Positions 1 through 9,082 of a stretch of DNA of 64,000 nt are shown one piece after another. The stretch is taken from positions 9,819 through 73,818 of the forward strand of contig JBDTNV010000001.1 in NCBI GenBank assembly GCA_039933555.1. Direction: 5' to 3'. This DNA is from Ignavibacteria bacterium (GTDB lineage: Bacteria; Bacteroidota; Ignavibacteria; Tepidaquicellales; OLB5). The translations under genes and the position numbers were made by a program. Below the pieces are notes generated by a model. The model was not told where the DNA came from, ran no database searches, and saw nothing but the letters and a program-made list of their open reading frames with translations. Positions within the stretch are counted from its first letter, which is position 1. Each line of letters opens with the position of its first letter.

Positions 1-1
1 T

Positions 2-856
2 TTTGTTTTTACTTCAAATAATCCGGGATTAAAACTTAATGTAAATCCCGGTGAAATGAAACTTAATTCAGATAGAAAACTTTATATCACTACTTTAGGT
101 ATTCCGGGAAGCAATGGTACAATTTATAAAATTGAACCTGAAAGTAATGGTATTATAGATTCTTTACGTTTTGGAGCAAGTCCCGATGGATTTGCTATAA
201 ATAATAACAGGATTGTTGTCGCTAATTCAGGCAGTACAAATGTTACAATTCTTGATCTGGATTTTAATATCATTAATAATACAATTACCGTTGGACCTGA
301 CCCTAAAAATGTTTTGTATGGATTCAATAAGTATATTGTCAGCAGAATTCCGGGTAACACAGAGCCATCCCTTGCCCTGATAGATGAAATAAACAATAAT
401 GTTACTAAATTATTTTACCCGGCTGTACCTGTAAGCGCTATCTATAATGTAAATGGAATATTTGTTTCAACAAATAACAACAAGAATATTTACAGGATAG
501 ACTCTGAATCTTTTGCCACAATTGACTCATTTGCTGTTCCAACGATATTTTCATCGGTAAATAAACTGGTGTTTAAGTCACAAAACAGTTTTTATGCAAT
601 TACAGACGGTGGGGAAGTATGGCTTGCAACTGTTTCTTCGGGTACATTTACATTCACAAATATTATGCAGGCATCAATTGATGTATCGATCAGGGCAGCT
701 GCATATGAATCCTATGCAAACGAGTTATACCTAACCAGTGAATCATTTTCCGGCGGGAATACTCTTTTTATTCTGAATGGAGATAACGGAACTGTAAAAC
801 GTTTAAAATCTTTTGCAGGGAATAATACTAAAAGTATCGTTTTCAGGTATTTTTAG
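2..856 (+). CDS. C-terminal part of a beta-propeller-like repeat protein; 5' end outside the window
   Basis: The frame is open from nt 2 with no stop before the listed ATG at 56, so the gene probably begins upstream. Recurrent strand-rich blade-like segments (LYITTLG..GTIYKIEP, RIVVANSGSTNVTILD, GIFVSTNNNKNIYRID, NTLFILNGDNG). No T9SS C-terminal domain. Confidence 0.5.
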   Translation, partial: FVFTSNNPGLKLNVNPGEMKLNSDRKLYITTLGIPGSNGTIYKIEPESNGIIDSLRFGASPDGFAINNNRIVVANSGSTNVTILDLDFNIINNTITVGPDPKNVLYGFNKYIVSRIPGNTEPSLALIDEINNNVTKLFYPAVPVSAIYNVNGIFVSTNNNKNIYRIDSESFATIDSFAVPTIFSSVNKLVFKSQNSFYAITDGGEVWLATVSSGTFTFTNIMQASIDVSIRAAAYESYANELYLTSESFSGGNTLFILNGDNGTVKRLKSFAGNNTKSIVFRYF

Positions 857-1745
857 TTGTGAGGATATCTTTATTCCTGTAAACAAGCCTGCCAATAAGA
901 ATTGTAAATGCGCATATAAACAGCCCTCCAAGTATATCCACAAAATAATGATATCTTAAATAGATAGTTGCGGCGACCATACACAGCAAATACGGCAGGT
1001 AGAAGTAAAATGACTTTGAGCGGAACTTCCACGAAAGGTATGTGATGAGAAATGCTGTTATAGTATGCAGGCTTGGCATTGCATCGCGCTGAACGTAAAC
1101 CTGCGGATCCTTCACGCCAGGCGGGATTGACTCACCAAAATTAAGGAATGCCCTTATATATTCAGTCAGAAACACTCCGGGCATTTGAGCGCTTATAGAA
1201 TAAAAATCATGAAGATGAAAACGGGGACCGTTAGCGGGGAATATCATGTACAATATATAACTGATGTAAAAACTGAAAAACAGTATGAAGATCGTATATT
1301 TAAATTCTTTATACCTGTGCCATAAATAGAGCTCTAACCCGAATACAACTATCATGGGATAGTAATATGCATATACCAGCTGAAGGAATTCCGTAAGGAA
1401 AGGATTTTGAAACTGGAAGGCCCACTGTGTCGGGTTTAAACCGAAAATTGCAAGGTCCATTTTTATGAATAGTGCGTCCCAATCAACCGGCTTTAATGTA
1501 TATACTATTATATAAACCTGCTTGAATATGAATACAATAGCGGCAATTCCGTACCAGTACCTAATCAACTTTAACGGTGATGAATTACTTATCTTGTTAT
1601 CGCTGTATTTTTCCGCTAAAATCTCGTACTTACTTACAATTCTGTAAATTCCCCAAACAAACAACATATTTACTGCAATGAGTATGTGCCAGTAACCAAT
1701 TTTAAAGTTAAAGTAAAAATAAATAAGAGACAGGATAATAAGCAT
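843..1745 (-). CDS. PAP2-superfamily membrane phosphatase/transferase-like protein
   Basis: Polytopic hydrophobic protein with PAP2-type C-terminal motifs (MPSLHTITAF and YLRYHYFVDILGG). Confidence 0.6.
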   Translation of the reverse strand: MLIILSLIYFYFNFKIGYWHILIAVNMLFVWGIYRIVSKYEILAEKYSDNKISNSSPLKLIRYWYGIAAIVFIFKQVYIIVYTLKPVDWDALFIKMDLAIFGLNPTQWAFQFQNPFLTEFLQLVYAYYYPMIVVFGLELYLWHRYKEFKYTIFILFFSFYISYILYMIFPANGPRFHLHDFYSISAQMPGVFLTEYIRAFLNFGESIPPGVKDPQVYVQRDAMPSLHTITAFLITYLSWKFRSKSFYFYLPYLLCMVAATIYLRYHYFVDILGGLFICAFTILIGRLVYRNKDILTTKNT

Positions 1746-1811
1746 TACCTGTGTTGCTATATCAGCAGGTGAAAGATATTTAAAATTTTTCCTGATAATT
1801 ATCCGGTAATT

Positions 1812-3197
1812 TTATGAAAGCCATTTTAGCAAAAGTGTTGCCAATGAAAGGAATATAGAAATACCAACAACATCCTGAAAAGCTGTTTCAAACGGACCGG
1901 CTGTTAATGCGGGATCAAAACCCAATTTTTTAGATATCATAGGGAATGATGCGCCGACGAATCCTGAAATATTAATTGAAATGAACATTGAAAATCCAAT
2001 TAACAGCCCAAAAAGTAGTTTTTCACCCCATATAGCTGCAACAGTCCCAATGACTAAACCGCAAACTGCACCGATAATAATACTTGTCTGTACAGAACGG
2101 CGAATTGGTATCCACCATTTATTAAGCGATGCATGTCCCGTTGCTAAAGCGCGGACTGTAATAGCCGCAGCCTGAAGACCTGTATTACCCGATATAGCAG
2201 AAATTATCGGCATAAATGATGCGAGCAGGATTATTTTAGTCAGGGTTTCATCGTAATAGTGAATTACAACACCTGCGAAGAATTCAATACCAAGTGTTAT
2301 CAAAACCCACGGAAGCCTGAGCCATGCAATTTGGAAAGGGGATTTGCTTTCTAGTTCCTCGGCATCAGAACCCACGATCTTTGCCATATCCTCTGAAAAT
2401 TCCTCTTCCATAATTTCGGCAATATCATCGAATGAAACCTTGCCAACAACCCTTTGCTGCTTATCAATAACAGGAACGCTCACAAGGTCATATTTTCTCA
2501 TAATGCCCGCAACTTCCTCGCGGTCAGTATCAACATCAACAGAAATAACTTCTGTTGACATAATATCAGCCATAATTACAGATGGTGTATCGAGGGCTAC
2601 AATAATTTTTTTGAGCGATACTATTCCCAATAGTCTTCCCAATTCATCAGTTACCCAAACGTGGTAAAGATGTTCATTATCAGGCGCCTCTTCACGGATT
2701 ATTTCGACCGCGCGTTGAATGGAGTCAGCAGTTTTAACAGTAACAAATTCTTTCTGCATGATACCGCCGGCAGTATCTTCATGGTAACTTAAGAGCTCTT
2801 TTACCTCGCTTGAATCTTCTGCCTCCATCTGCTGCAATACATCATCAGCCCGGGCTTCTTCCAGGTCGCCGATAATATCAGTTGCGTCATCTGAATCCAT
2901 CTCTCCCAGTATATCGCTGATTTCCCCGGAAGAAAGATTTTCGAGGATATAATCTTTCTGGTGCTCGTTAAGCTCAATTAAAATTTCGGCCTGAGTTTCA
3001 TCATCTAAAAGATTAAAAAGTTTTAAGCCCTCTTCATCCCTCAGGTTATCTATGATAAGTGCAATATCAGCCGGGTAAATATCAGCCAGGATATTTCTTA
3101 AAAGAGTATCAGAGCTGCTTGCGATAAGGTCTGAAATATCACTTGTCAGCTGTTCATCAACTTCAATTACCGCGCGATGCTGTTTTTTTTCAGACAT
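1812..3197 (-). CDS. mgtE: Magnesium transporter MgtE
   Basis: Acidic N-terminal MgtE-N region, two CBS-like modules (GGIMQKEFVTV.., IMSTEVISVDVDTDREEV..) and a C-terminal five-TM MgtE channel domain (ISGNTGLQAAA, AGPFETAFQDVVGI). Starts 3 nt after the tsaD stop, so probably co-transcribed. Confidence 0.92.
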   Translation of the reverse strand: MSEKKQHRAVIEVDEQLTSDISDLIASSSDTLLRNILADIYPADIALIIDNLRDEEGLKLFNLLDDETQAEILIELNEHQKDYILENLSSGEISDILGEMDSDDATDIIGDLEEARADDVLQQMEAEDSSEVKELLSYHEDTAGGIMQKEFVTVKTADSIQRAVEIIREEAPDNEHLYHVWVTDELGRLLGIVSLKKIIVALDTPSVIMADIMSTEVISVDVDTDREEVAGIMRKYDLVSVPVIDKQQRVVGKVSFDDIAEIMEEEFSEDMAKIVGSDAEELESKSPFQIAWLRLPWVLITLGIEFFAGVVIHYYDETLTKIILLASFMPIISAISGNTGLQAAAITVRALATGHASLNKWWIPIRRSVQTSIIIGAVCGLVIGTVAAIWGEKLLFGLLIGFSMFISINISGFVGASFPMISKKLGFDPALTAGPFETAFQDVVGISIFLSLATLLLKWLS

Positions 3198-3199
3198 AG

Positions 3200-4213
3200 T
3201 TAATAGTTAAACCTGGAGTATGCTTTCTCCAGTAATGGGTTCCCTGGTATTTTATTGCCAAATGCTTTGAATTTCAAATAAGCATTGTAACCTATCATTG
3301 CAGCATTATCAGTTGAATAAACTTTTTCAGGAAAATATATTTTATATCCCTTTTCTTCATACTTTTTGAATTGAGCCCTTAAACCGGAATTTGCCGATAC
3401 ACCGCCGGATACAGCAATAATTTTAATATTATTATCCTTCGCAGCTTTCATAGTTTTATCGACGAGCGCACCTGTTACAGCTTTTTGGAATGAAGCCGCT
3501 ATATCATTTAACGGCAGGTTTTCACGGGATTCACCAAAGTTATTTTTCAGATAGTAAAGAACAGAAGTTTTAATCCCGCTGAAGGAAAAATCATATGGAC
3601 TGCCTTTTATGGTTGATATTGGGAAAGTATGAAAATCAGGGTTACCCATAGCGGCAAGTTTATCGATTAACGGGCCGCCCGGATATTCCAGCCCCAGCAT
3701 TTTTGCAACCTTATCAAATGCTTCACCTGCGGCATCATCGTGTGTGCCGCCCAGAACTTCATAGGTAGAGCTGCTGTTTACAAGGAATGAGACAGTATGT
3801 CCGCCCGAAACAACCAGCGAAATAAAAGGATAATCAACGTTTTCTTTCCCGATAAAGCAGGAAAACATGTGTGACTCAATATGGTCTATCCCCATAAAAG
3901 GAATATTACCCGCTAATGCAAAACCTTTTGCGTAATTATATCCAACCAGCAGTGAGCCTATAAGCCCGGGTCCTTGTGTAGCAGCAACAAGGGATATATC
4001 GGATTTTGTTATTCCAGCATCTTTTAAAGCCTGTTCTGCGATAGAAGAGATAGCCTCAATATGAGCGCGGCTGGCAAGCTCAGGTACAATTCCACCATAT
4101 TCTTTGTGGAAATATTGCGAAGAAATAATGTTGGATAGGACCTTGCTACTCTCAAGGATAGCTGCAGATGTTTCGTCACATGATGATTCTATTGCGAAAG
4201 TTAAAGTTGGCAT
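3200..4213 (-). CDS. tsaD: tRNA N6-adenosine threonylcarbamoyltransferase TsaD (Kae1/Gcp family)
   Basis: N-terminal AIESSCDETSAAI, HxxxH metal motif (GIDHIESHMF) and C-terminal VSGGVSANSGLR are typical of TsaD. Confidence 0.93.
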   Translation of the reverse strand: MPTLTFAIESSCDETSAAILESSKVLSNIISSQYFHKEYGGIVPELASRAHIEAISSIAEQALKDAGITKSDISLVAATQGPGLIGSLLVGYNYAKGFALAGNIPFMGIDHIESHMFSCFIGKENVDYPFISLVVSGGHTVSFLVNSSSTYEVLGGTHDDAAGEAFDKVAKMLGLEYPGGPLIDKLAAMGNPDFHTFPISTIKGSPYDFSFSGIKTSVLYYLKNNFGESRENLPLNDIAASFQKAVTGALVDKTMKAAKDNNIKIIAVSGGVSANSGLRAQFKKYEEKGYKIYFPEKVYSTDNAAMIGYNAYLKFKAFGNKIPGNPLLEKAYSRFNY

Positions 4214-4216
4214 TTA

Positions 4217-4224
4217 CAAAAATA
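4217..4224 (-). promoter_or_regulatory. Putative Bacteroidetes-type -7 promoter box (TATTTTTG) for tsaD-mgtE
   Basis: The reverse complement reads TATTTTTG, matching TAnnTTTG. It ends only 3 nt before the tsaD ATG, which implies a leaderless or near-leaderless mRNA. Confidence 0.35.
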
Positions 4225-4489
4225 TCATTTTTATTGAATTTTAGCAATTCTACAGGAAAAGACACCATTTTAATTAACCTTAATTCGGCATATATACCGT
4301 TTTAATGGTATTGAGAAAAGTAGCTACTAACCCTAATTTAGTATACCCAATCGGAAAGAAGTTTGTTTTTTGGAAAAAATTGCTTATTATTGTATCCGGG
4401 GGTATGCGCAATTATTATTACGTCACTAATGGCTTTTGAATAAAGTATAACTTTAAGAAAGAGTTAATTTACAAACATTTAAGAATATT

Positions 4490-5800
4490 ATGCTAAAGAA
4501 ACTACTCCCGATCTTTCTGCTGATAGCACTTGCCGCTTCGGTCAGCTACTCTCAAAATCTTGCAGATTCCGGGTATTACTATCAAAAATTAGGGTTTATG
4601 GAAAAAGCCTCCGGGTTTTTTGAAGATTATATTATTTCTAATCCTTCAAATTACCAGGTACGGTTAGATCTTGGCTTTTTATATATGGAAACCAAGCAGA
4701 CATCTAGGGCGAGGGAGCAGTTTGATTATGTGAGCAAAAACTCAACAAATGATAATGAGATGCAGATGGCCAAACAGATGGTCATTAATATTGATGCTTC
4801 CAATGGCAATGTCACAAATAATAATCAGGTCTATACGCAAAACGTAAATTACGCTGACTCAGGCTACTACTACTATAATAACGGTAATAAAACAAAAGCA
4901 GCACAGTTCTTTGAGCTCTATTTAAAAGAAAAGCCCACGGATACGAAAACCAGAATGCAGCTTGCTTATATTTATTATGACAAGAAGAATTATAAATCAT
5001 CACTAAAGCATTTTGATTATGTGGGCAGCCATACAACTGATTCTCAGGAAAAAGAACAGTCAAAATCAGCATCGCTGGTATTAAGAGAAGAGCTCGCTGG
5101 TTCATCAAAGAGATCCTTTGACCTGTATTTCTACAATTTCTACGATTCATTTCAGGAAAACTATATAGCAAACCTTGTTGCACATGTTAACTTTAGGCTT
5201 GGACCCGGTTTGTATGCAGGACCGTATCTGGATGTTTACACAGATTCACGTTCAACAAAGGCGCTGATATATAATGACAGGTTTATTGAGATAGGATTAT
5301 TCCTGAGATATTACATCATGAAAAACCTTTTCTTTGAAGGCAGGATAGGTTATACAAGACAAATTGATCTTGATTCAAACAAAATAAACCTTAAGCCTAT
5401 GCTGGTATATTTTAACCGCTTAGGCGATGCAAAAGTGTATGTAGGAAGCAAATCAGCATCAAAGACAAGCATGTATCTTGATATTTACTATGCTGCAATG
5501 TATGACTATAAATATAAAAATGCTTTCCTTCAGGGAATGATGCAGCAGGTAATAAGATTTCATACAGGCGGGTACTCATATGTTGAGAATTACCTGTTTG
5601 AATCCGGCCAGTTTGACGGCAGAAGGCTTGATTATAACAATTATTTTGAAATAGGGACCGGCATCAGGTTTAAGCCTAATGTTATGGTATTCCCTGTATT
5701 CTTCCTGGAGCCTACTTATAAAGTATATTTCTTCGGTGATAAGAAGAACTCGTTCCAGATAAAAGCAGGATTTGTATTCAATTACAGGGCGGCATTTTAA
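4490..5800 (+). CDS. Outer-membrane TPR plus beta-barrel protein, NfrA-like exopolysaccharide export candidate
   Basis: Signal peptide. Two internally duplicated TPR-like units (ADSGYYYQKLG..FDYVSKNSTND and ADSGYYYYNNG..FDYVGSHTTDS). Tyr/Gly-rich beta-strand C-terminal half ending in aromatic ..NYRAAF, an OMP-type terminus. Lies directly upstream of an NfrB-family synthase. Confidence 0.5.
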   Translation: MLKKLLPIFLLIALAASVSYSQNLADSGYYYQKLGFMEKASGFFEDYIISNPSNYQVRLDLGFLYMETKQTSRAREQFDYVSKNSTNDNEMQMAKQMVINIDASNGNVTNNNQVYTQNVNYADSGYYYYNNGNKTKAAQFFELYLKEKPTDTKTRMQLAYIYYDKKNYKSSLKHFDYVGSHTTDSQEKEQSKSASLVLREELAGSSKRSFDLYFYNFYDSFQENYIANLVAHVNFRLGPGLYAGPYLDVYTDSRSTKALIYNDRFIEIGLFLRYYIMKNLFFEGRIGYTRQIDLDSNKINLKPMLVYFNRLGDAKVYVGSKSASKTSMYLDIYYAAMYDYKYKNAFLQGMMQQVIRFHTGGYSYVENYLFESGQFDGRRLDYNNYFEIGTGIRFKPNVMVFPVFFLEPTYKVYFFGDKKNSFQIKAGFVFNYRAAF

Positions 5801-5899
5801 GCTCAGCTTAAAAAGGTCATAATTTTGGGGATAGAATTATGATTAACAAAGTTATGAATGTTACAAAAACATTAGAGGATAAAAATTTAATATAACTAT

Positions 5900-7234
5900 A
5901 TGCAAGAAGTTTTCACAGTATTACTCTGGATCTGTTCAATACTGCTGATTATCAGCGGTCTTGACGATGTGATGGTTGACCTTCTATACTGGTTCAACCG
6001 CTGGAAGTATAACAGGAGCCTGCCAAAAGTGGATGAAGTACTGGCAGCCAATGAAAACAACATAGCTCTTGTTATCTGCGCATGGCGCGAATATAAAGTT
6101 ATCGGCAGGACACTTACCTACGCTTTGAGCAAAATGAGGTACAATACATTTACTATATTTGTTGGTATTTACCCGAATGATACCAAAACTCTTGAGGTTG
6201 TAAAAAGAATTGCGCAGAAGAACAATAAAGTTGTAATTTGTGTAAATTCTCATGACGGCCCCACTACAAAAGCTGATAACCTGAATAATGTATATGAATC
6301 AATAAAAAGATTTGAAAATGATAACGGCAGAAATTTTGATATTATTTCAATTCACGATAGCGAAGATTTTATACACCCGTTAACACTTAAGATAGATAAC
6401 TTCCTTATAATGCACCAGGGTGTTGATGCTGTGCAGATACCTGTTGTGCCTATTAAAGATGACAGGGGCAAATTCATACACAGGACGTATTGCGACGCTT
6501 TTGCTGAAGTTCACTCAAAAGATCTTGTTGTAAGGCAGGCATTAAAGGTGTTTATTCCTTTTGCCGGCACAGGGATGTCATTTAGAAGGGAAATTTTCAA
6601 GAACCTTGATGAACATTACCCGCAGGTATTTAATGAAGCTAATTTGACAGAAGATTACGAGCTTGGCTTAAGGCTCTTTAAGATGGGCTATAAGACAGCT
6701 TATATAAACCTGTTAATAGATAAGAATAACCCTAACTCACGTGTTGCAACAGGCGAATACTTCCCGAATACATTCTGGGCAGCTGTTAAACAGCGCTCAC
6801 GTTGGACAGCGGGTATATGCTTCCAGAACTGGAAAATGCACAAATGGGGTGGCAACTTAAAGACAAAGTACTTCTTAATGCGCGACAGGAAAACTATATT
6901 CTCGAACTTTATGGTGCTGCTTAGCAATGTTGTGTTTGCCATGTTTTTATTATACCTCTTGGGATTTGGTCTTGGCATCAGAGTATTTGAGTCAGCCGTA
7001 GAACAGAACACCGCATTATGGTTCTTCCTGTGGGCTTGTTTCTTCTTCATGGTTTGGAGGCTCGTTCACCGGTTCATATTTACCTACAGCTGGTACGGCC
7101 TGAAGTATGCGTTCTTTAGCTTGATCAGGCTGAACTTTGATAACCTGATAAACTTCTTCGCAACTTTCAGGGCATTGAAGGTATTTATGAATATGAAGAA
7201 CAAAGTTGTATGGGAATCAACTGATCATTATTAA
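5900..7234 (+). CDS. nfrB: NfrB-family membrane glycosyltransferase (GT2, processive exopolysaccharide synthase)
   Basis: Collinear with E. coli NfrB as recalled: ISGLDD..YW, VGIYPND, GPTTKADNLNNV, HDSEDFIHP, LTEDYELGLRL, QRSRW (QxxRW), RDRK and NLINFFATFRALK, plus C-terminal TM helices. Ends where the NfrB GT module ends. Confidence 0.85.
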   Translation: MQEVFTVLLWICSILLIISGLDDVMVDLLYWFNRWKYNRSLPKVDEVLAANENNIALVICAWREYKVIGRTLTYALSKMRYNTFTIFVGIYPNDTKTLEVVKRIAQKNNKVVICVNSHDGPTTKADNLNNVYESIKRFENDNGRNFDIISIHDSEDFIHPLTLKIDNFLIMHQGVDAVQIPVVPIKDDRGKFIHRTYCDAFAEVHSKDLVVRQALKVFIPFAGTGMSFRREIFKNLDEHYPQVFNEANLTEDYELGLRLFKMGYKTAYINLLIDKNNPNSRVATGEYFPNTFWAAVKQRSRWTAGICFQNWKMHKWGGNLKTKYFLMRDRKTIFSNFMVLLSNVVFAMFLLYLLGFGLGIRVFESAVEQNTALWFFLWACFFFMVWRLVHRFIFTYSWYGLKYAFFSLIRLNFDNLINFFATFRALKVFMNMKNKVVWESTDHY

Positions 7235-7294
7235 GAAAAAAAGCATCACGCTTCAAAATAATTAAGTTTTAAAATTTATACCATGGTATTATGC

Positions 7295-7327
7295 GGGACG
7301 GTCTGAATATAGGTCGTCCCTTTTTTT
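7295..7327 (+). terminator. Rho-independent terminator after the nfrB-like gene
   Basis: GGGACGGTC / GGTCGTCCC stem (two G-T wobbles), 8-nt loop, then T7. Confidence 0.7.
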
Positions 7328-7339
7328 ATTCTCAATTTC

Positions 7340-7379
7340 CTCACGGTAAAACGGGATATATCTTCGTTTTATCTTAAAT
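7340..7379 (+). repeat. 40-bp direct repeat, left copy (DR-L)
   Basis: CTCACGGTAAAACGGGATATATCTTCGTTTTATCTTAAAT is 39/40 identical to 11027-11066. Weaker similarity extends about 25 nt upstream, including a shared CCTTTTTTTAT. Confidence 0.9.
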
Positions 7380-7470
7380 TCCTCCTTCGTTTGTCTTGAT
7401 AAAATCTGTCTTTTTTGTTTGTTTTTACAAACATTTAATATTATATTTTAACAATCAAATTTCACCCAAT

Positions 7471-8724
7471 TTGAAAAAACTGCTTTTACTCACAACTCTA
7501 TTCACTTTATACACTCACCACTCAAATACTCAGTGGGTTCAGCAAACTGTGCCTGTAAGCAAGCCTATAACAGGTATTAAGTTTATTAATGCAAATACAG
7601 GTTGGGCATGTACAAGTTGGGGCACAGGTATGGATACGAGCTATATTTTATATACTTCAAATGGTGGAATAAACTGGCTTGTTCAGCATGCGGCTCTAAA
7701 TGCCAGATATAATGCACTATCTGTAATAGATGCCAATAATATTTATGCAGGCGGTGATAGTTCAGCAAGGGCAAAATTTTCAAAGACAATAAATGGCGGA
7801 TTAAACTGGGTAGATATACAGACACCTGTGAATATGTCAATAGAAGATATGGTGTTTCAGAATAAAGATAGCGGTTGGAGCTGTTCAGGAGTTGTGGGCC
7901 CGGATGTGCGCACCACGACTAATGGCGGTTTGAACTGGATAGTAAGAACCAGTGGTATGGCACAGCAAACACACAGATTATTTTTCCTTAATTACAATAC
8001 AGGTTTTTGCGGTGCTAATTCTTTTTTATATAAGACAACAAATGCGGGATTGAATTGGATACTAAATAGTAATTTCTCAGAAAGTGTTGCAAGCATTTTT
8101 TTTATGAACCAGGCAACGGGTTGGCTGGGTTTGTCAGGAGGTAAAGTTGCTTTAACTTCAAATGGCGGAGCCAATTGGTTTATTCAGCAGCCATTTCCGT
8201 TGAATGGAAATACTACAACGGATATTTATTTTATAAATTCTAATACAGGATTTGCTGGAACGGGCTGGTTTCAAAAAATTTTAAAAACTACAAATGGCGG
8301 AATAAATTGGGGTTATCAGATAGTCCCAACAGGTTCTGTAAGAATTTCAATTGTAGATTCATTGAATTGCTGGGCGGCAGATTTAGGAATTTCTCATACA
8401 ACAAATGGAGGAGGTATGATAACTTATGTAGGAATAAATAATATCAGTACAGAAATACCCGGTTCATTCAAACTTCATCAGAATTACCCGAATCCATTTA
8501 ATCCGGTTACAAATTTCAAATTTGAAATTCCTGAATATTCTTTTGTTAATGTAACAATATATGATATACTTGGCAGAAAAGTTAAAACAGAAGTTGAAAA
8601 TTATTTAAGACCAGGAACATACAGAATTAATTTTTATGCGGCTAATTTACCGAGTGGCACATACTTCTACAGGCTGACAACAAATAATTATACAGAAACT
8701 AAAAAGATGATATTAATAAAATAA
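7471..8724 (+). CDS. T9SS-secreted BNR/Ycf48-like beta-propeller protein (copy 1)
   Basis: Repeated TxNGGxNW / TTNAGLNW motifs. C-terminal NYPNPFNP..YFYRL..KKMILIK sorting domain. The TTG at 7471 gives MKKLLLL.., which aligns with the start of paralog 9083; the longer listed ORF from 7396 adds non-signal-like residues. Confidence 0.8.
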   Translation: MKKLLLLTTLFTLYTHHSNTQWVQQTVPVSKPITGIKFINANTGWACTSWGTGMDTSYILYTSNGGINWLVQHAALNARYNALSVIDANNIYAGGDSSARAKFSKTINGGLNWVDIQTPVNMSIEDMVFQNKDSGWSCSGVVGPDVRTTTNGGLNWIVRTSGMAQQTHRLFFLNYNTGFCGANSFLYKTTNAGLNWILNSNFSESVASIFFMNQATGWLGLSGGKVALTSNGGANWFIQQPFPLNGNTTTDIYFINSNTGFAGTGWFQKILKTTNGGINWGYQIVPTGSVRISIVDSLNCWAADLGISHTTNGGGMITYVGINNISTEIPGSFKLHQNYPNPFNPVTNFKFEIPEYSFVNVTIYDILGRKVKTEVENYLRPGTYRINFYAANLPSGTYFYRLTTNNYTETKKMILIK

Positions 8725-8772
8725 TTCATAGGCTTCAAAATCAAACAAATTAATACCCTAAGGAGGCAGAAA

Positions 8773-9000
8773 ATGTTGAACGCAGTGAAATCTGCTATCG
8801 GCAGAAAGTTACTTACAGCTTTACTCTTGGCATTTCTTCTGTTTACATCTTTTCTCTTTTCGCAAAACACATTCCGGCTTGGTTTTACAGGTGCCTATCC
8901 AAATTACTCCCATATTCTGCTTAACTCACCCACATATAACTCTGACTGGAACTGGTATGACGAGTTCACTATGAATACATGGTCTGCATGGTGGGCTTAA
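8773..9000 (+). pseudogene. Truncated copy (X-1) of a small secreted-protein gene
   Basis: Strong AAGGAGG 7 nt upstream, then a signal peptide and 47 residues. 8876-8995 is 100% identical to 10576-10695. Relative to copy X-2 the body is deleted; only the tail ATCTTAAAT reappears at 9046-9054. Confidence 0.45.
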
Positions 9001-9082
9001 TTCAATTAACAATGAGGAATTAAGAATTATTAATTCCTTTGCTAAATCTTAAATTAACCGCTATTTTAGAGTTGAGGTTACT

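Noticed and set aside
124-396. Many 60-125-aa ORFs on the strand opposite to long, well-supported genes. Examples: 124-396, 1981-2175, 2344-2667, 4812-5183, 5984-6253, 6700-7050, 7586-7840, 14673-14906, 17886-18224, 24240-24488, 26425-26679, 27962-28306, 29041-29408, 30439-33393 set, 34349-35951 set, 39112-39561, 55100-56386 set, 56997-57374, 58680-59612, 59847-61154.
   Set aside because: They lie fully inside or antisense to genes with clear family motifs, have low-complexity or odd composition, and have no start context of their own. They are typical shadow ORFs.
3198-4489. Looked for an M-box (Mg) riboswitch ahead of mgtE and for structured RNA in the 275-nt tsaD upstream spacer
   Set aside because: mgtE starts 3 nt after tsaD, which leaves no leader. 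The 4214-4489 spacer shows no extended conserved helices that I could identify by eye.
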